DNA of 64,000 nucleotides from Emiliania huxleyi CCMP1516 (GCF_000372725.1 NW_005201165.1:250853-314852); one strand, 5' to 3'. Shown: positions 1 to 12,742, counted from the stretch's first letter. A program made the numbers and translations. The notes: generated by a model not told the origin, from the sequence alone.

Positions 1-92
1 ACAGACACACAAGCGCACAGGCTATAGCGACGCGTTGGGGCGCAGCCGCACTCTAGATACTCACGGAGAAAAACGCAAGCGGAAGCAGCACG

Positions 93-921
93 GTGTAGAG
101 CGCTGTAGAGCTGTAGAGCTGTAGAGCTGTAGAGCGCTCTGGAGCGCTGTAGAGCTGTAGAGCTCTACATCCGGCGCGTGACGAACTGCGTGCGTTGTAG
201 AGCGATGTAGAGCGCGACTTTGCTGTAGAGTTTGTTGTAGAGGCTCTACGCCAAACCGCCGGGAAGGCAGTTAACTCAAAGAGGTCGAGCCGCACTAATG
301 GGGTGTCTCCGAGCTTACTGGAGCTCTGATGGACGGCCCTGACTATCCCCTGACACACAGAGAGTCACTCTGACGGCACACAACACCCTATAACTGCGTC
401 ATGACCAGCCTGCCATGCGTCGCCGGAGCCGCATTCGTCGCTGTGCTTCTTTAGCAGGCGGTGGACTGTCGGCGGCGAGGACGGTCGCATTTGCGCGAGG
501 CGAGGCGAGCATTGCTGCGCGTTGCATGCGCCATGACTCGCGCCAGCGCGTGCGGGAGCTCCTGGCTGAGCGTTGAGTCCAGGCAAGTTGCGCTGGCCAC
601 GATCGCTACGCCGAGCCGAGCTGACGCGCCGAGGCGCCGGCCAGTCGCAGCCGCGAGGCATGCCACAGCAGCAGAGGCACCTGCCACCCATTGGGCGGGC
701 AGACAGAAGGCCAGGGCAGCACTGGCAAGTGCAACGCGCCTCATGTCGGAGAGCGACCGTGCCTCGTTCGCCGCTTATGATGTAGAGTTTGTTGTAGAGA
801 CTTCACGTTGTAGAGCGCCTCTACATCGCTCTACAGGCGACTCACATCGTCACGCGCCGGATGTAGAGCTCTACAAGCTCTACAGCGCTCTCCAGCTCTC
901 CAGCTCTACAGCACTCTACAC
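93..921. mobile_element. Non-autonomous TIR element (MITE/foldback-like) with TGTAGAGC subterminal arrays
   Basis: Left end GTGTAGAG...TGTAGAGCTCTACATCCGGCGCGTGACGA (93-184) is the inverted counterpart of TCGTCACGCGCCGGATGTAGAGCTCTACA...CTCTACAC (847-921). Both arms are built of TGTAGAGC repeats. No clean TSD and no transposase. Confidence 0.7.
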
Positions 922-1376
922 TAAAGGAATCTAGGCGCAGGCGCATCCTGTGTCGAACGCAGGTGATCGCAGACACAGTCTCCTCGATTGCGGTGCTCGG
1001 GGCTCCATACCACTCGCCGCGCGGACAAAGCTACACGGCAGAGAGGAGAGACGCCGCGCCGCGGCGGCAAGTTGAACTTGAAGTTCTCGCTCTGCATCTC
1101 GGGTGAGCCTGTTCTCGCTCCCAGTTTGTCCACAAGCATGGTGCTATAACCATAATACAAAAGTGCATCCTCCATCCACGCCCGACCCCCCGCCCCCCTT
1201 TCAGTTCTCACGACGCCCAACGTCCTCCATCCCGCCCTCAACCTCCACGAGCCGATACTGTAGCGTTAGCATCGCGCCGTGTTCCCCCACGCGCAAACAA
1301 AGGCCAGAGTCGCGCGAGTTGCAGCTGGCATTCTATGCTCCAGAGCATTCGCAGGCGCCGCGCCACCTCTCATTAA

Positions 1377-2120
1377 TCAGGCAGCGTCGAGCCTCTCCCG
1401 CTCAGACCTCGCGGCCTGCGCCACCTGAACGAGTGATGCTACTTCCGGCCTTGTGGCCTTGCTCACGGCGAGGCGCCGCTCCAGCTCCCCCACCTCCTTC
1501 ATCCTAAGCTTCAGCTCCGCCAACTGCTCCGCCAGCTCCTGCGGCTGATGAAGGGCATCGGAGGGGCGTTTCGACCGCCGCCGACTCGGCTTGCCGCCCC
1601 GCGCCTCCTCCTCGTCGGGCTCCACGAGCCGCTTGTGAGGCGGCTTGCGCCGCCGGCAGCAGCAGCGGTAGAAGCAGAGCGCCAGGAAGAGCCACACGGC
1701 TACTCCCAGCGCCAACTTCAGCGGGGAACTGGCGAGGATGGTTTGGCCAAGTCTAGCTTTAGCGAGATCGCGAAGGAGAGGGGGGAGAGCACTCGGAGTG
1801 GATGTCCGGTTCCGGTCGTCCAAGTTTAGCTTTAGCGAGTCGCCGAGGGGGCGCAGGCTCCACTCGCGCACCGCGCTCCCGTGTTCGGCGGCCTTCTGGG
1901 CCCACCGATCAGGGAGCAGCGCGTCCAACTCCCCACCCAGCTCCTTGACGACGGGCGCCACGGTCTCGTACCCCGTCCGCACCGTCCCGTCGAGCTTCTC
2001 GACGAAGTCGGCGTAGAAGGGTGGGGGTGGGGCGAGCGGCGGCGGCGGCGTCGGCGGCGGCGTCGGCGGCGTCGGCAGGGTCGGCGAGGGCGGGGCCGCG
2101 GGAGGCGAAGGCGGCGGCGT

Positions 2121-2160
<40 letters not shown>

Positions 2161-2882
2161 AGAGGCGGCAGCGGCGGCGGCTTCGGTGGCGGCGGCGGCG
2201 GGGCTGCGGGAGGCGAAGGCGGCGGCTGCACGGAGCAGCAGCCGCGGCAATGCGGGCAGGTGTGGCCGGCCCAGAGTCCCTGGAGGGAGGGGCTGGTGCA
2301 GGAGGTGCCGATCCAGTCTCCGCATTTCTGGCCAAGGCACAGCGCGTCGGGAAAGACACACGGTGGCGACGGAAGCCCGAGCGGAGGCAGTCGGCCGCGA
2401 TTTTGAGCGCCTCGCCCTGCTGGTGGCGGCGGCGGCGTAGCTGGCGGCGTCGGCGGCGGGCTCGGAGGCGGGGTTGGAGGCGAGGGTGGAGGCGGCGACG
2501 GCGACGGCGGCGGGGCTGGCGGCGGGGCCGCGGGAGGCGAAGGCGGCGGCGGCGGGGGCAGTGGCGGGAGCGGCGGCGGCGGAGGCGACGGCGTCGGTGA
2601 ATTCATTTTTTCGTAGCACGTCGTGCCGCTCGAGGGCGTTGCGCCCGCAATCATGTCTTTCGATGCTTGCGCCTTATAGGTCTTGCACTCGACCTGACCT
2701 CCGTAGCGGAGCGGAGCGTAAAAGCTGTAGCCGACGCAGAGTGCGTCGACGTCGCAGGACCGGCGGCAAGTGGCGTGATTCTCTGCGTAGGAGAGGCTGT
2801 TGGACGTCGACGCGGTGTCGAACTTCCCAGGGCCGCCGGCGCGGTCTACACACGCGCCAGCTCGCCCGAGGAACCAAACCAT
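1377..2882 (-). CDS. Proline-rich single-pass membrane protein with N-terminal PAN/apple-like Cys domain
   Basis: 501-aa ORF: CRRSCDVDALCVGYSF...ECKTY...TCY (PAN-like), two SPPP-rich stalks flanking a small Cys-rich module, a TM segment (LALGVAVWLFLALCFY) followed by CCCRRRK, and a coiled-coil tail. Start uncertain. Confidence 0.6.
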
Positions 2883-3157
2883 AGATCCAGGGATGGATTC
2901 CTAGGTCATGAGAGATAGGCGCCGTTGACCTCTACACGGGTAGCGGAGAATGAGGTGAATGGGGTCCGTCTGCGCGAGAGGAGGTGGTCGGTGAAGCTGA
3001 CATCATTTTTCTTCTTTACAGCGGCCGCGGCGGGTAGGTAGTGCCTTTGCCTACACTCTCCACCCCACCCGCATCGGTGCTGCGAGGCGCGCTCCTCGCG
3101 CCCCTGCCCGGCGGCGGCGTGCTGCGCCGCCTCACCCTCGGCTCCCCACCCCAGGGC

Positions 3158-3923
3158 ATGTCCGGCATCGCTCGCGGCCGCCTCCAGGAGGAGCGAAAGC
3201 TCTGGCGGAGAGACCACCCGCACGTGCGCGCCGCACGCCAGTCGCGCGAGAGCCCGCGCCGCACGCTCACGGCGCCTCACCCCTTCGCCGCCTCAGGGAT
3301 TTGTGGCAAAGCCTCGCACGAATCCCGACGGGACGCAGGACATCCTGCACTGGGACTGCGTCGTGCCCGGCAAGAAGGACACCATCTGGGGCGCGGGCCG
3401 CTACCCTGTGCACATGGTCTTCACCGACGAGTACCCGAGCAAGCCGCCCGAGTGCAAGTTTGGCAAGGCGCCCAACGACAAGCCGCTCTTCCACCCCAAC
3501 GTCTACCCCTCCGGCAAGATCTGCCTCTCGCTGCTCGACGCCGACAAGGCCTCGCCGCCGCCGCCGCCCCTCCTCTCCCTGCCGCCTCTCCCCTCCCAGC
3601 CGCCTCGCTCTTCCCCCTCACGCCTCTCTCCTCTTTTGCCGCCCACTGCTTCACAGCCCCTCCCCTCGCCGACCAGGGATGGAAGCCGGCGCTCACCATC
3701 AAACAGTTGCTGCTCGGCAGCCAGAGCCGCGCACGGCCCAGCGGCCGCAGGAGCCTTCGCCTCAGCCTTCTCCCGACCCTGCCTCGTAGGCATCCAGACG
3801 CTGCTCGACGACCCGAACGTGGGCGACCCGGCGCAGGAGGAGCCGTACCGCGTGTACAACAACAACCGCGCCGAGTACGAGAGGAGGGTCAAGGAGCAGG
3901 CCCGCCTCTTTGCAAACATGTAG
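3158..3923 (+). CDS. UBC9: SUMO-conjugating enzyme E2 (Ubc9), 4 exons
   Basis: MSGIARGRLQEERKLWRRDHPH|GFVAKP...HPNVYPSGKICLSLLD..K|GWKPALTIKQLLLG|IQTLLDDPN. Introns 3224-3296 (GT-AG), 3549-3676 and 3717-3789 (both GC-AG) restore the frame. Confidence 0.93.
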
Positions 3924-4987
3924 GGCGGGCGGGCGGAGGGGCAGCAGAGGGGCAGAGGGGCAGGCTGGGGAGCGGCGGCCGCTCCGTGGGAGAGGGCCGT
4001 GCTGTGTGGGAGGTCAAGCGGGCGGGGAAGCGGAACTGTGGCGGCTTCAGCGCGCGCTGCACAGACAGCCACAGGTCGCGACATTTTTCCGGTGTGAGAG
4101 GGTTGAGTCCTGAGAGCGCGCCGGGCCGCCGCCGGCGTGGCCGGCGACCCGACGCCGCAGTATTTTTGCGGTGGTGGGCGAGTCGTGTACCGTAGCCGTC
4201 AGGGGTATAGTTAGGGATAGGGATTAGGGGTCCCCGCGTTTCACCACTCCACAGACCACACCTCACAACACACGGCGTCACGGGGCTCTCTCACACGGGC
4301 GGAAAAAAAATCGTGGCTGGATTCCGGGGACACAAAAATACTCCAAATATCCATACACCATACTCGTTACTCGTTAAACTCGGCCTGTGCGCTGTGGCGC
4401 GTATGCCGTAACCCGTAAGCCGTATCCCCAGGGTAATGCCCCCGGCTCGTTGTGCGAGTATATGGGACACGATGTCTCAAATATGAGGGGTTTTGACTCC
4501 TACCGGCTCCTGACGCTATCCCTGGCAGCTCTAATGACCAGGATCAGTAGTACTATGATAGAGGCTGCCCATACTAGCGCAGGAGCTGCCACACTCGCCC
4601 GGACCGTCCCCCTCTGGGGCCGGTTCCGCAGCCCGCGAGAGCCGACAGCGGGGCCGTGCCGCGGGTGCCTACTGCCGAGTGCCACAAACACTGCGCCGTC
4701 CCGCCACCACCTACAGGCTGTCTTGTGTGATGGTTGGGATGTCCAAACGCCACCATCTTGGCTCTTGCGACCTCAAACCCGCGAGCTGTATGGGTGGTCC
4801 TGACGTCGACAGACGCCCGAGGACCACGGTGAAGCTGAGCCGGAACGCGTCGACAAGTCTCGTCTGAGCCCGTGGCGGTCGCCGGCTGAGTCGTTGTGCA
4901 CGGGCCGGTACCTCAGGCGTCACCTCCGCAGCCTCAGGTCTCACACTCCACCACCTCCGCCAGGACGCCGTCGGTGGCACGCTCGGC

Positions 4988-5132
4988 GGCGAGTTTGTGG
5001 CAGCTCCACAGCGAGCGCGGCATCGAGCCTATTCGGTCTGGTCGGTTAGGCGCACTCCCTGGGAGTGCGCCGAACGCGCGAGCGGTGCGTCCTGGCAGCC
5101 CGCGCTGGCTGCGGAGCTGCCACAAACTCGCC
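4988..5132. repeat. 145-bp inverted-repeat (hairpin/mini-MITE)
   Basis: GGCGAGTTTGTGGCAGCTCCACAGCGAGCGCG (4988-5019) versus CGCGCTGGCTGCGGAGCTGCCACAAACTCGCC (5101-5132): 32-bp inverted repeat with 2 mismatches. Confidence 0.7.
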
Positions 5133-5430
5133 ACGCTTTTTTGGGACATTTTCGACGCTTTTGTCCCATATACTCGCACAACATGCCCCCCCCCCGGGTA
5201 TCCGGGAGATCGGACCAGATGCCGTGCGATCGCCGATCGGGGACGGCCCGGCGGCCGCGCAGGCGGCGAGCCCGGGGCTCTCGAGTGACGAGTCACAGTC
5301 CAGGACATGAGTCAGGACTCCTGACGACTCGTCACTCGACTCAGGGCTCAGGACTCTCGTCTCTCGACGGCGGGGAGCGCAGCCGGGGGGTGCACTTTAA
5401 TTCAGTTTAATCGCGTGCTTTTCCCTTTTA

Positions 5431-5674
5431 GGACTTTGCGGAGATCAGCAGGAGGATGATGGATGTACGAAGAGATTAGGAGCAGCAGCAGGGACCCGAG
5501 GGACCATGTGGAAGACGGCTAGTGCTAGTCCCCCATCGGGAGGACGACCGCGGCTAGTCGCCGACCACACCCACAAAGAACCCTGCACAAAGATCGCACG
5601 GGCGGGGACCTGTTCCTTTTTACCCACCTCTCACAGTAGAGAGAGGTGTCCGTTTTTATTTATTTATTTATTTC
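5431..5674 (+). mobile_element. 5'-truncated retroposon fragment, family B, (TTTA)n tail
   Basis: AAGATC...GGGACCTGTTCC...GTGTCCGTTTTTATTTATTTATTT resembles the reverse-strand copies at ~14.9-15.1 kb and ~44.2-44.4 kb. Flanked by CCCTTTTA (5423-5430, 5675-5682), a possible TSD. Confidence 0.5.
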
Positions 5675-5950
5675 CCCTTTTATGGGGTCGCTGATGGGTG
5701 ATGGCGGCCGTCGCCCGTTGCCGCGCCATGTGCCGCTCTTCCGGGTGTCTTGTCGGACATCGGAGAGTTCTCCTCTTTCTGCTTTTTCGATCTCTCCACC
5801 GGGCCCAGATGAGCTTTCAACCCGCACGCGCGCAACCGACGGCGCGGCTGCTGCGCACGACTCCGTCCGGTGTCCGGATGCCCGCCCCTGCCGCCCTGCA
5901 CTCGCGCCCGTGACACGCTGTGCGTCCCCCTCTCTCCCGACGAGAGCGGG

Positions 5951-7455
5951 TCAGTCGTACAAGTCGCTCGAGAGGTCGTTGTCTCCAAACGAGCTCGGCC
6001 GCGGCGCGAAGCGGTCGCCGGAGGGAGGCACCACGGCCATGGCGGCGTCGAAGTCGGAGGCGGCCAGCTGCCGCAACCCGCACCACTCGCCCTCGCTCTC
6101 GCCCTCGCCCTCGCCGCCTGCCTGCAGCGATCCCGCCCGAGCCCACATTTGGGGCGGGGCGGGCGGCTCGCCGCCCGCGGCGGTGCCGCTCTGCCCGCCG
6201 CTGCCCGACGATGACTCCCGCCCGTCGGTCCCGCCCTCGCCCTCGGTGCCCTCGCTCCCCTCCTTGCGTCCGTCCTCGCGCCGCATCATCTCCTGCGGGG
6301 ACGGCTCCAGGGGGTCAGAGAGAGCCCCCCCCCCCCCCCGTCCTCGCGGTCCTCGTGAGAGCGGGACGCGGCTAGGGCCGCATCTCGGCCGCATCTCGGC
6401 CGCATCTCGGCTCTGCGTCGGCTCCTCGAGAGGCCGCAGTGCGGCCGTGCGGCAGAGCTGCTCGAGGTCCGAGCCGGAGTAGCCGTGCGTCCTGCGGGGG
6501 GGGCAGGCGTCCGAACACGGCTCAGGGAAGGCGCTTCCTGCTCAGCGAGCCGGCGGCAGCGGCGCGACCTCGCGGCGATGGCTGCCACGTCCAGCTCGCG
6601 CGCCATCGCCTCGCCGTCGAGCAGCCGGCGCAGCACCTCGGCGCGCGCGCGCTCGTCGGGCATCGCGACGGGGAGCGAGAGTGGCAGCCGGCGCAGCACC
6701 GCGGGGTCGACGAGCGAGGGCTGGTTGGTGGCGGCGATGACGACCACGTGTGCCTGGGCGGCCGCTCGAGTCGCGGGCGAGAGCATCCCGTCCCACAGCG
6801 CGAGGAACTGGGCCCGCAGCGCCGCCGTCGCCTCGTGCTCCGAGGCGCCGCGCTTGCCGCCGTGCGAAAAGATGCAGTCGATCTCGTCGATGAAGAGGAT
6901 GCTGGGCGCGAGCTTGTGCGCGAGCGTGAAGTACGCCTCGGCCAGCTTGTTTGACTCGCCGTACCACTTCGAGAAGAGCCGCGCCGGGTTGAGGCACAGG
7001 AAGGCGAAGTCCGCCTCCTGCGCGATGGCCCTCGCGAGCATCGTCTTGCCGGTGCCGGGCGGGCCGTGGAGCAGGATGCCCTTTGGAGGCCGCAGCAGCT
7101 TGGAGGCAGCGAAGAGCCGCGGCTGCTGCAGCGGCAGCAGCAGCGCCGACCGCAGCTGGCGAGCCTGCTCCTCGAGGCCCCCGACCTGGTCGAAGGAGCA
7201 GCCGGCGCCCGAAGGAGCGACGAGATCGGAGGCGACCTCCAGCTCGTACTCGGTCAGGCTGAGCTTGGACTTTTGCTGCCGCTGACGCAGCCGCGACTGC
7301 AGAAGCGCGGCTCGGCCGCGGCGGGTGCTCGCCCGGTCGGAATTGCGAGGGTCGGCCCGTCTGACCATCGCCCAGGTCAGGAGGCCGGCCGCCGTCAGAA
7401 AGGCTGCGTCCATCATGAACTCCATGAAGCGGCCCGCATTCGTGGTGCTCCCCAT
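5951..7455 (-). CDS. AAA+ ATPase, ATAD1/MSP1-like, 3 exons
   Basis: N-terminal TM (AAFLTAAGLLTWAMV), Walker A GPPGTGKT, SKWYGESNKL, Walker B ILFIDEID, SRH AATNQP...VDPAVLRRLP. The spliced continuation gives THGYSGSDLEQLCRTAALRP and LRQLAASDFDAAMAVVPPS. Confidence 0.85.
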
Positions 7456-7581
7456 GAAGCGGCTTAAGTAGCGGCGCCACGGCCGTGAGTGCGAACACTG
7501 CGCGGGAGGAGAGGGCTGCGGTCGCGGCGTCGCGCGGGGAAGAAATGGCGATTTTGTCGCGAGCGACGACAAGAGAAGGCG

Positions 7582-7645
7582 CGGTCCCTGTGTGGTGGCG
7601 GCGTACCGTCCTCCCATCCCTCCACGGGCTTCTTTCTTTTCTTTT
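7582..7645 (+). mobile_element. Very short 3' fragment of non-LTR retroelement family A with (TTTC)n tail and 9-bp TSD
   Basis: CCCTGTGTGGTGGCGGCGTACCGTCCTCCCATCCCTCC..TTCTTTCTTTTCTTTT matches the 3' end of the copy at 63171-63240. Flanked by GAGAAGGCG (7573-7581 and 7646-7654). Confidence 0.75.
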
Positions 7646-7713
7646 GAGAAGGCGGGCGCAGAAGGCGAAGGAAGAAAAAAAAGCCTGCGGCTGCGCTGGA
7701 CCAGCCACAGCCC

Positions 7714-9139
7714 ATGCAGGACACACAGGGCCAGCAGCCGGTCAGCTTCCACCGTCGCGTCCTGCCGCCCTCCGGGATCGCCTTTGCGAGCACGCGCGGT
7801 CGGGAGCTCTTTGCCGAGGCTCTGGCTGCCGGCACGCTCCACTGCTTCTTCAAGCTGATCGAGCAATTCTGCACGCAGGCCGAGCCAGCCTACTGCGGTC
7901 TCGGCACGCTGGTGATGGTGCTCAACGCGTTAGACATCGACCCCGGCCGCACGTGGAAGGGCCCGTGGCGCTGGTTCCACGAGGGAATGCTCGACTGCTG
8001 CGAGCCGCTCGAGGACATCCGCAGGCGAGGCATCACGTTTGACAAGCTCGCATGCCTCGCTCGCTGCAACGGTGCGGTCGTGGACGCGCGGCGCGCGAAT
8101 GCGAGCGGCAGCAGCGGTGTCGTTGGCGGCAGCGAGGGCGGCGACGGCGAAGGTTCGCCGTCGCTGTCTGACGAGGAGCGGGCGTTCCGGGAGGCGGTCC
8201 GCTCGGTTTGCAGCGGGGACAACGCCGCCTGTTGCGGCGGCAGCAGCGGCAGGGTGCACCGCTTCCTCGTCGTCTCGTACTCTCGGCGCGAGTTTGGCCA
8301 GACCGGCGACGGCCACTTTTCTCCCGTGGGCGGCTACCACGCGGGGTCGGACTCTGTGCTGCTGCTCGACGTGGCCAGGTTCAAGTACCCGCCGCACTGG
8401 GTGGGGCTGCGCGCGCTGTGGCGCGCGCTGTGCCGGACGGACCCCGACACGGGCAAGACGAGAGGCTACCTGCTCCTCTCCGCGCGCAAGCCGGGTGCGC
8501 CCTGGCCGCAGACCTCCCGCCCGCCCACTGCCCACCGCTAGCACCCACACCTCGACCCCTGCCGGCGCCTCCCGGACGCGGCCCAAAGTGAGAAGGGACG
8601 CCCTCGCGCCGCTCAGGCGAGTCGCGCTCGGACGTCCTGCGCGTGGCTCTGCGCGGGCCGGCGGGCGGCGGGAGTGGCGGTGGCGGCGATAGCGGTGGCG
8701 GCGATGGCGGTGGCGATGGCCCCGCTCGGCACACTTGTGATCGGCTCGGGGCTTGCGAGCTGGCCGATGTTGGGTCTCGCTTCCTCGGGCAGCTCGCGCG
8801 GCACGAGGAGGGCGCGAAGCGGGCTTCGGCAGACGACGCTGCGCTCCTCGCCGCCCTCGCCACACTCGGAGGAGGAGGAGGAGAGGAAGGCCGAGGCGAG
8901 GCGCACCCTGCGCCTCCGCCACTACCCTTCTTCGTCGAGCTCCGCGGCGCGCCGTTAGCACGGCCAGGCGGCGAGGCGGCAGCAGGGCGCGACGAGGCGG
9001 CGGACCTTTCGCTCGAGTGCGGCGAGCGGTCCTGCTGCGCGGGCGGGGGCGCGGGCGAGGCGGACCCTTCGCTCGAGGGGTACTCTTCCCTCGAGGCAGA
9101 GGTGCTCTCTGCGCTTCGGAGGGCGGCGGACAGCGCGAC

Positions 9140-9173
<34 letters not shown>

Positions 9174-9530
9174 ACGGTCGCCGAGCCGGGCTCGGCAAGC
9201 CGCCCCTCCCTCCCTGCCCTCCTCCGCGCCTCAGTCGCGCGCGGCGACTTTGCGAGCGACGAGCTCGCTCTGGCGCACCTCCTCGCTCTGCCGCCCGCCC
9301 TCTGGAGCGCCATGGTGGCCGCCGCCGCCGCCGCGCCAGACGAGAGGGAACGCGGCGAGGCCGCCGCGCGGGCGGTGGCGGCGCGCCTGCCGCGCCTCGC
9401 CGCTCTCGCGCCGCCGCTCCAGCGCGAGGTGAGGGTGCTCCGCTCGCAGGTCGTCGAGGTGACCGGCGCGGGCACACACTTGGCAAGGGAGAGCGGGGGG
9501 TCGCTCTGCTGCGCCTTGCACGAGGTGTAG
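7714..9530 (+). CDS. PCS: Phytochelatin synthase (full-length eukaryotic type), 2 exons
   Basis: [51 protein letters not shown] and [15 protein letters not shown] supply the Cys-His-Asp triad. A GT-AG intron (~8495-8617) joins it to ORF 8643-9530, which carries C-terminal CC motifs. Confidence 0.93.
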
Positions 9531-10317
9531 GGGCCGCATTTGGGGCCGCAGCTATACGTTTAGGACTAGGGTGCCCCGCACGGCGGCCGGCAATCTCCGG
9601 CACGCGAGATGTCGCGGGGGGGGGTGGGGAGAGAGGAGCGCTACCGCTAGCTGCAAGCGGATCTCTTTTCTCAGTCCCTCGCGTGCGCTCACGTCACTGC
9701 TCAAACTCTCTCGTCTGCCTAGTCTGTCGATGCTTCCCAGATCCCACTTCGCGTGTCGACTGAGACCGACGAGGGGCGCGCAGGGGGGGGAGTCCGAGTG
9801 TGAAGTGCTGTATATCGAAAAAAGCTGAGACACTTTTTTGACGCGTGTGGCCGTTGGGCTTTGAAAACAGCTCAGAATACAACTCGCTCAATGCAGTATG
9901 CACACACATGCACATCACACGGAGCTCCCCGCGCACAGCACGACGAGTGGGCTCTCTGCGCCTCCGGCCGAGACGGAACAACGACGGCGAAACGAGAGCG
10001 GAGGATATCCCTGCGGGACGCCGGAGCCCGAGTGGCCGTCCCGCCAATACTCAATGCAAATCAAATCTAGTGGCAGAGCCGGCGTCGTGCCTGACGCCAT
10101 GCTGCCCTCGCGGGCCGGCGGGCCTGGGTGAGGGATCGCTCGCCGTAGAGAGACGGAGAGGGCGGAGAGGGAGGAGGAGACAGAGGTGGAGGGGGAGGGG
10201 GAGGGGAGAGAAGGAGAGAGAGAGGGAGAGAGGCGAGTGAGCGAGGGTCCAGCCGCAAGAGCGCGAGCAGGAGAGGGCTTCTGGCGGAGAGGCGAGGAGC
10301 GGACGGCGGCGGGCCGG

Positions 10318-11991
10318 CTAGCCAAAGTTCTTCTTGAGCTGCTCCATCACGATGAAGACGATGGTGACGCGAGGCACCACGCGGCCGAAGTTCGGCCAGA
10401 AGCCGTTGTACAAGGACATGGGCCCCTCCTTGGCCGAGCTCTTGAGGAAGCAGTCCACCATCCCGTCGTAGAGGGTCGGCTTGCCCGCCGCGTCGAGCGG
10501 CTGCCCCATCACGCGCGACTTGACCACGTCGAAGGGACTGCTCGCGACCGTGGAGACGAAGCCGGAGACGAAGGCGGTGGCGCACCTGCCGAGCCGACGC
10601 CACACGAGGTGAGCCGAGGGCACACCAAGTCGGCCGAGGCGAGCCGAGAGGGGGCGAGACGAAGGCGGGGGCGGGGGCGGGGCAGGGGCAGGGGCGGCAG
10701 GCGCACGTGCAGAGCAGCCCCTCGGTGAAGAGACCCTTGTGCAGGAACTGTGTCTTGACCTCGTCGTAGGTGGCGAGCTCGGCGGCGGCGAGGGCGGTCG
10801 CGCGGCCGCACGTCGGCCTGCACGAAGGGAGGGGACGAGGGTTGGGGGGGGGAGGTGGGGGGGGGGGGAAGCGGCACGGGGCGCCGCGGCGAGAGCTGAG
10901 GCGGCGGTGGTCGCGGTCGTGGCGGTGGCGGCGAGGGAACAGGGCGAGGGCGAGGGCGAGGAGTGAGGGCGAGGGAACAGGGCGAGGGTGAGGGCGAGGG
11001 CGAGGGTGGGGGTGGCGGAGGCGCGCACCCGACCCCCTTCCATAGCCCGAGCACGCCCTCCTCCTTGACGATGGAGGAGAAGGCGTGCCCCATGCCGGTG
11101 TACTTCTTGGGCAGGTAGGCGCCTGCGGCCGGGGCGAGGCGGCAGGCGCCGTCGGTGGGCGGGTGCAGTCGGACGCTGCAGTCGGACGTGTGTCGGTGGG
11201 ACGTGTCGGTGGGGACTTGTCCCGGCTGCCGGTGGGACGTGTCGGTGGACGTGTCCTGAAGGTGGCGGGCACGCGCCGTCCGGCCCCTTGAGCTGTCCGT
11301 CGGTTTGCAGGCGCACCTGCCGACAGCACGGGAGTGGCACACGTCAGCAGCGGCGCGGCCCGCGGCCGAGGGCGGCGCAATGCGGGAGACGGAAGCGACA
11401 GAACGCCGGCCGTTGCTAGCCGCCGCTGCCGGTGTGCCGCCGGGTTGCACTAGCAGGCCCTCTGCGCCTTGACGAGGTCCGTCGGGTTGGCGACCGCAGA
11501 GGAGAGCGCGCCGGCGCCGGCGCCCGCCAAGATCTTCTTGCTCAGCGGAATCTCGTGCTTTGGTGTCCCGGGCTTGACGCCTGCCGGGCGCGCCGCGGGT
11601 GAGGCTCGGCCGGTGGGAGAGAGTGCGCTCCGGGCAGCGGCTGCGCGCCGAGCGAGTTGCGGATCGGGCCGTAGAGGCCGTACCGCAGCGAGCCGTACGT
11701 CGACTGGCGGAGCAGCGCCGGCGGAAGGCCCTTGAAGAGCGCCCCCGCGCCTTCGCTCTTGACGAGCTTCCCCGCGCAGTCCATCGTGCCGTTGTACAAC
11801 TTGACGCCGCCGCCCGCACCGTCCATCTGGAGCCGGGTCTTGCACACGTCGATCGGCATCGTGACTACACCACGGCGTCAGCGTGAGCGGCGGGTGGTGG
11901 GTGCGGCCAGCGGAGCGTGCACACCCGTCTCGGCGACGCACGAGGCGAAGCCGCCGTAGAAGAGGCCCTTGAAGACGTTGCCGCTGTCCAT
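10318..11991 (-). CDS. Mitochondrial carrier protein (SLC25, UCP/KMCP1-like), multi-exon
   Basis: Three PxDxxKxR signatures (PIDVCKTRLQ, PTDLVKVRLQ, PFDVVKSRVM), ALFKGLPPALLRQSTY and SLYNGFWPNFGRVVP, reconstructed across several introns. Confidence 0.88.
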
Positions 11992-12742
11992 GGCTCAAGT
12001 ATATGCACCTACGACGTGTTTGCACAGCTAGTGATGCAACAGCAGGTGGCGGCACCTAGTGTGCCCGCTGCCGCGCCTGGGCCTCTGCCTCTCTCGTCTC
12101 TCTGACCTTCGCTGCCCGCCTATTTTTTCGCTTGTCGATGTCTCCGTTCTACCAGCTTCCAAAGAACGAAAGAATTCACCTACGGCCACACACAACAAAA
12201 CCACAAAAGAATTCGCCGCCGCAGGGTGGTGGCTATGCTCGTAGGCGCTGTGCGGAGACGCGAGGGTCGGTCGGCTCTCAACTATAGCTATAGTAGCGAT
12301 CTGCCTGCATGCGTGAGAGGCAGGTGCCGCCATCACTTTTTTTGAAAAGCTGCAGACGAGCGGCACGTCTATGTGCCCACCTTCCCATACACCAACCCCG
12401 CCCGCCACCTCGCCAGCCTGCGGGCCGGGATGCACGTGTGGGGGGGCAAGACGAAGCGCAGGCGCGGCCGGGCGCGGAAGCCTGCCTCAACCAAGCCGCT
12501 GCCACCCTCGGGCGGGTCGGCGTCAACCGAGCCTCTCCCGCGCACACTCGTAGACCTACAAGATTCGACGCGCAAAAAAATGTTTAGCGTGACATGTATC
12601 ATGTTGTGTGTGTCGCTGCTGTGTGACCGTCACCGCCCGTCCCGCGTCCACCCATACCGCGTTGGTGTCCCAGTCGTTGGTCGGACTGTGTTTCGCCTTA
12701 CTATCAAGATTCGACGCGCCAAAAGATGGGGGCACACAACAT

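Noticed and set aside
365..934. ORFs inside the 93-921 TIR element as a transposase
   Set aside because: Short, with no DDE or zinc-finger motifs, and partly made of the terminal repeats.
4201..4230. TTAGGG-like sequence (TAGTTAGGGATAGGGATTAGGGG) as an interstitial telomere
   Set aside because: Only two exact TTAGGG units and not in tandem register; too short to support.
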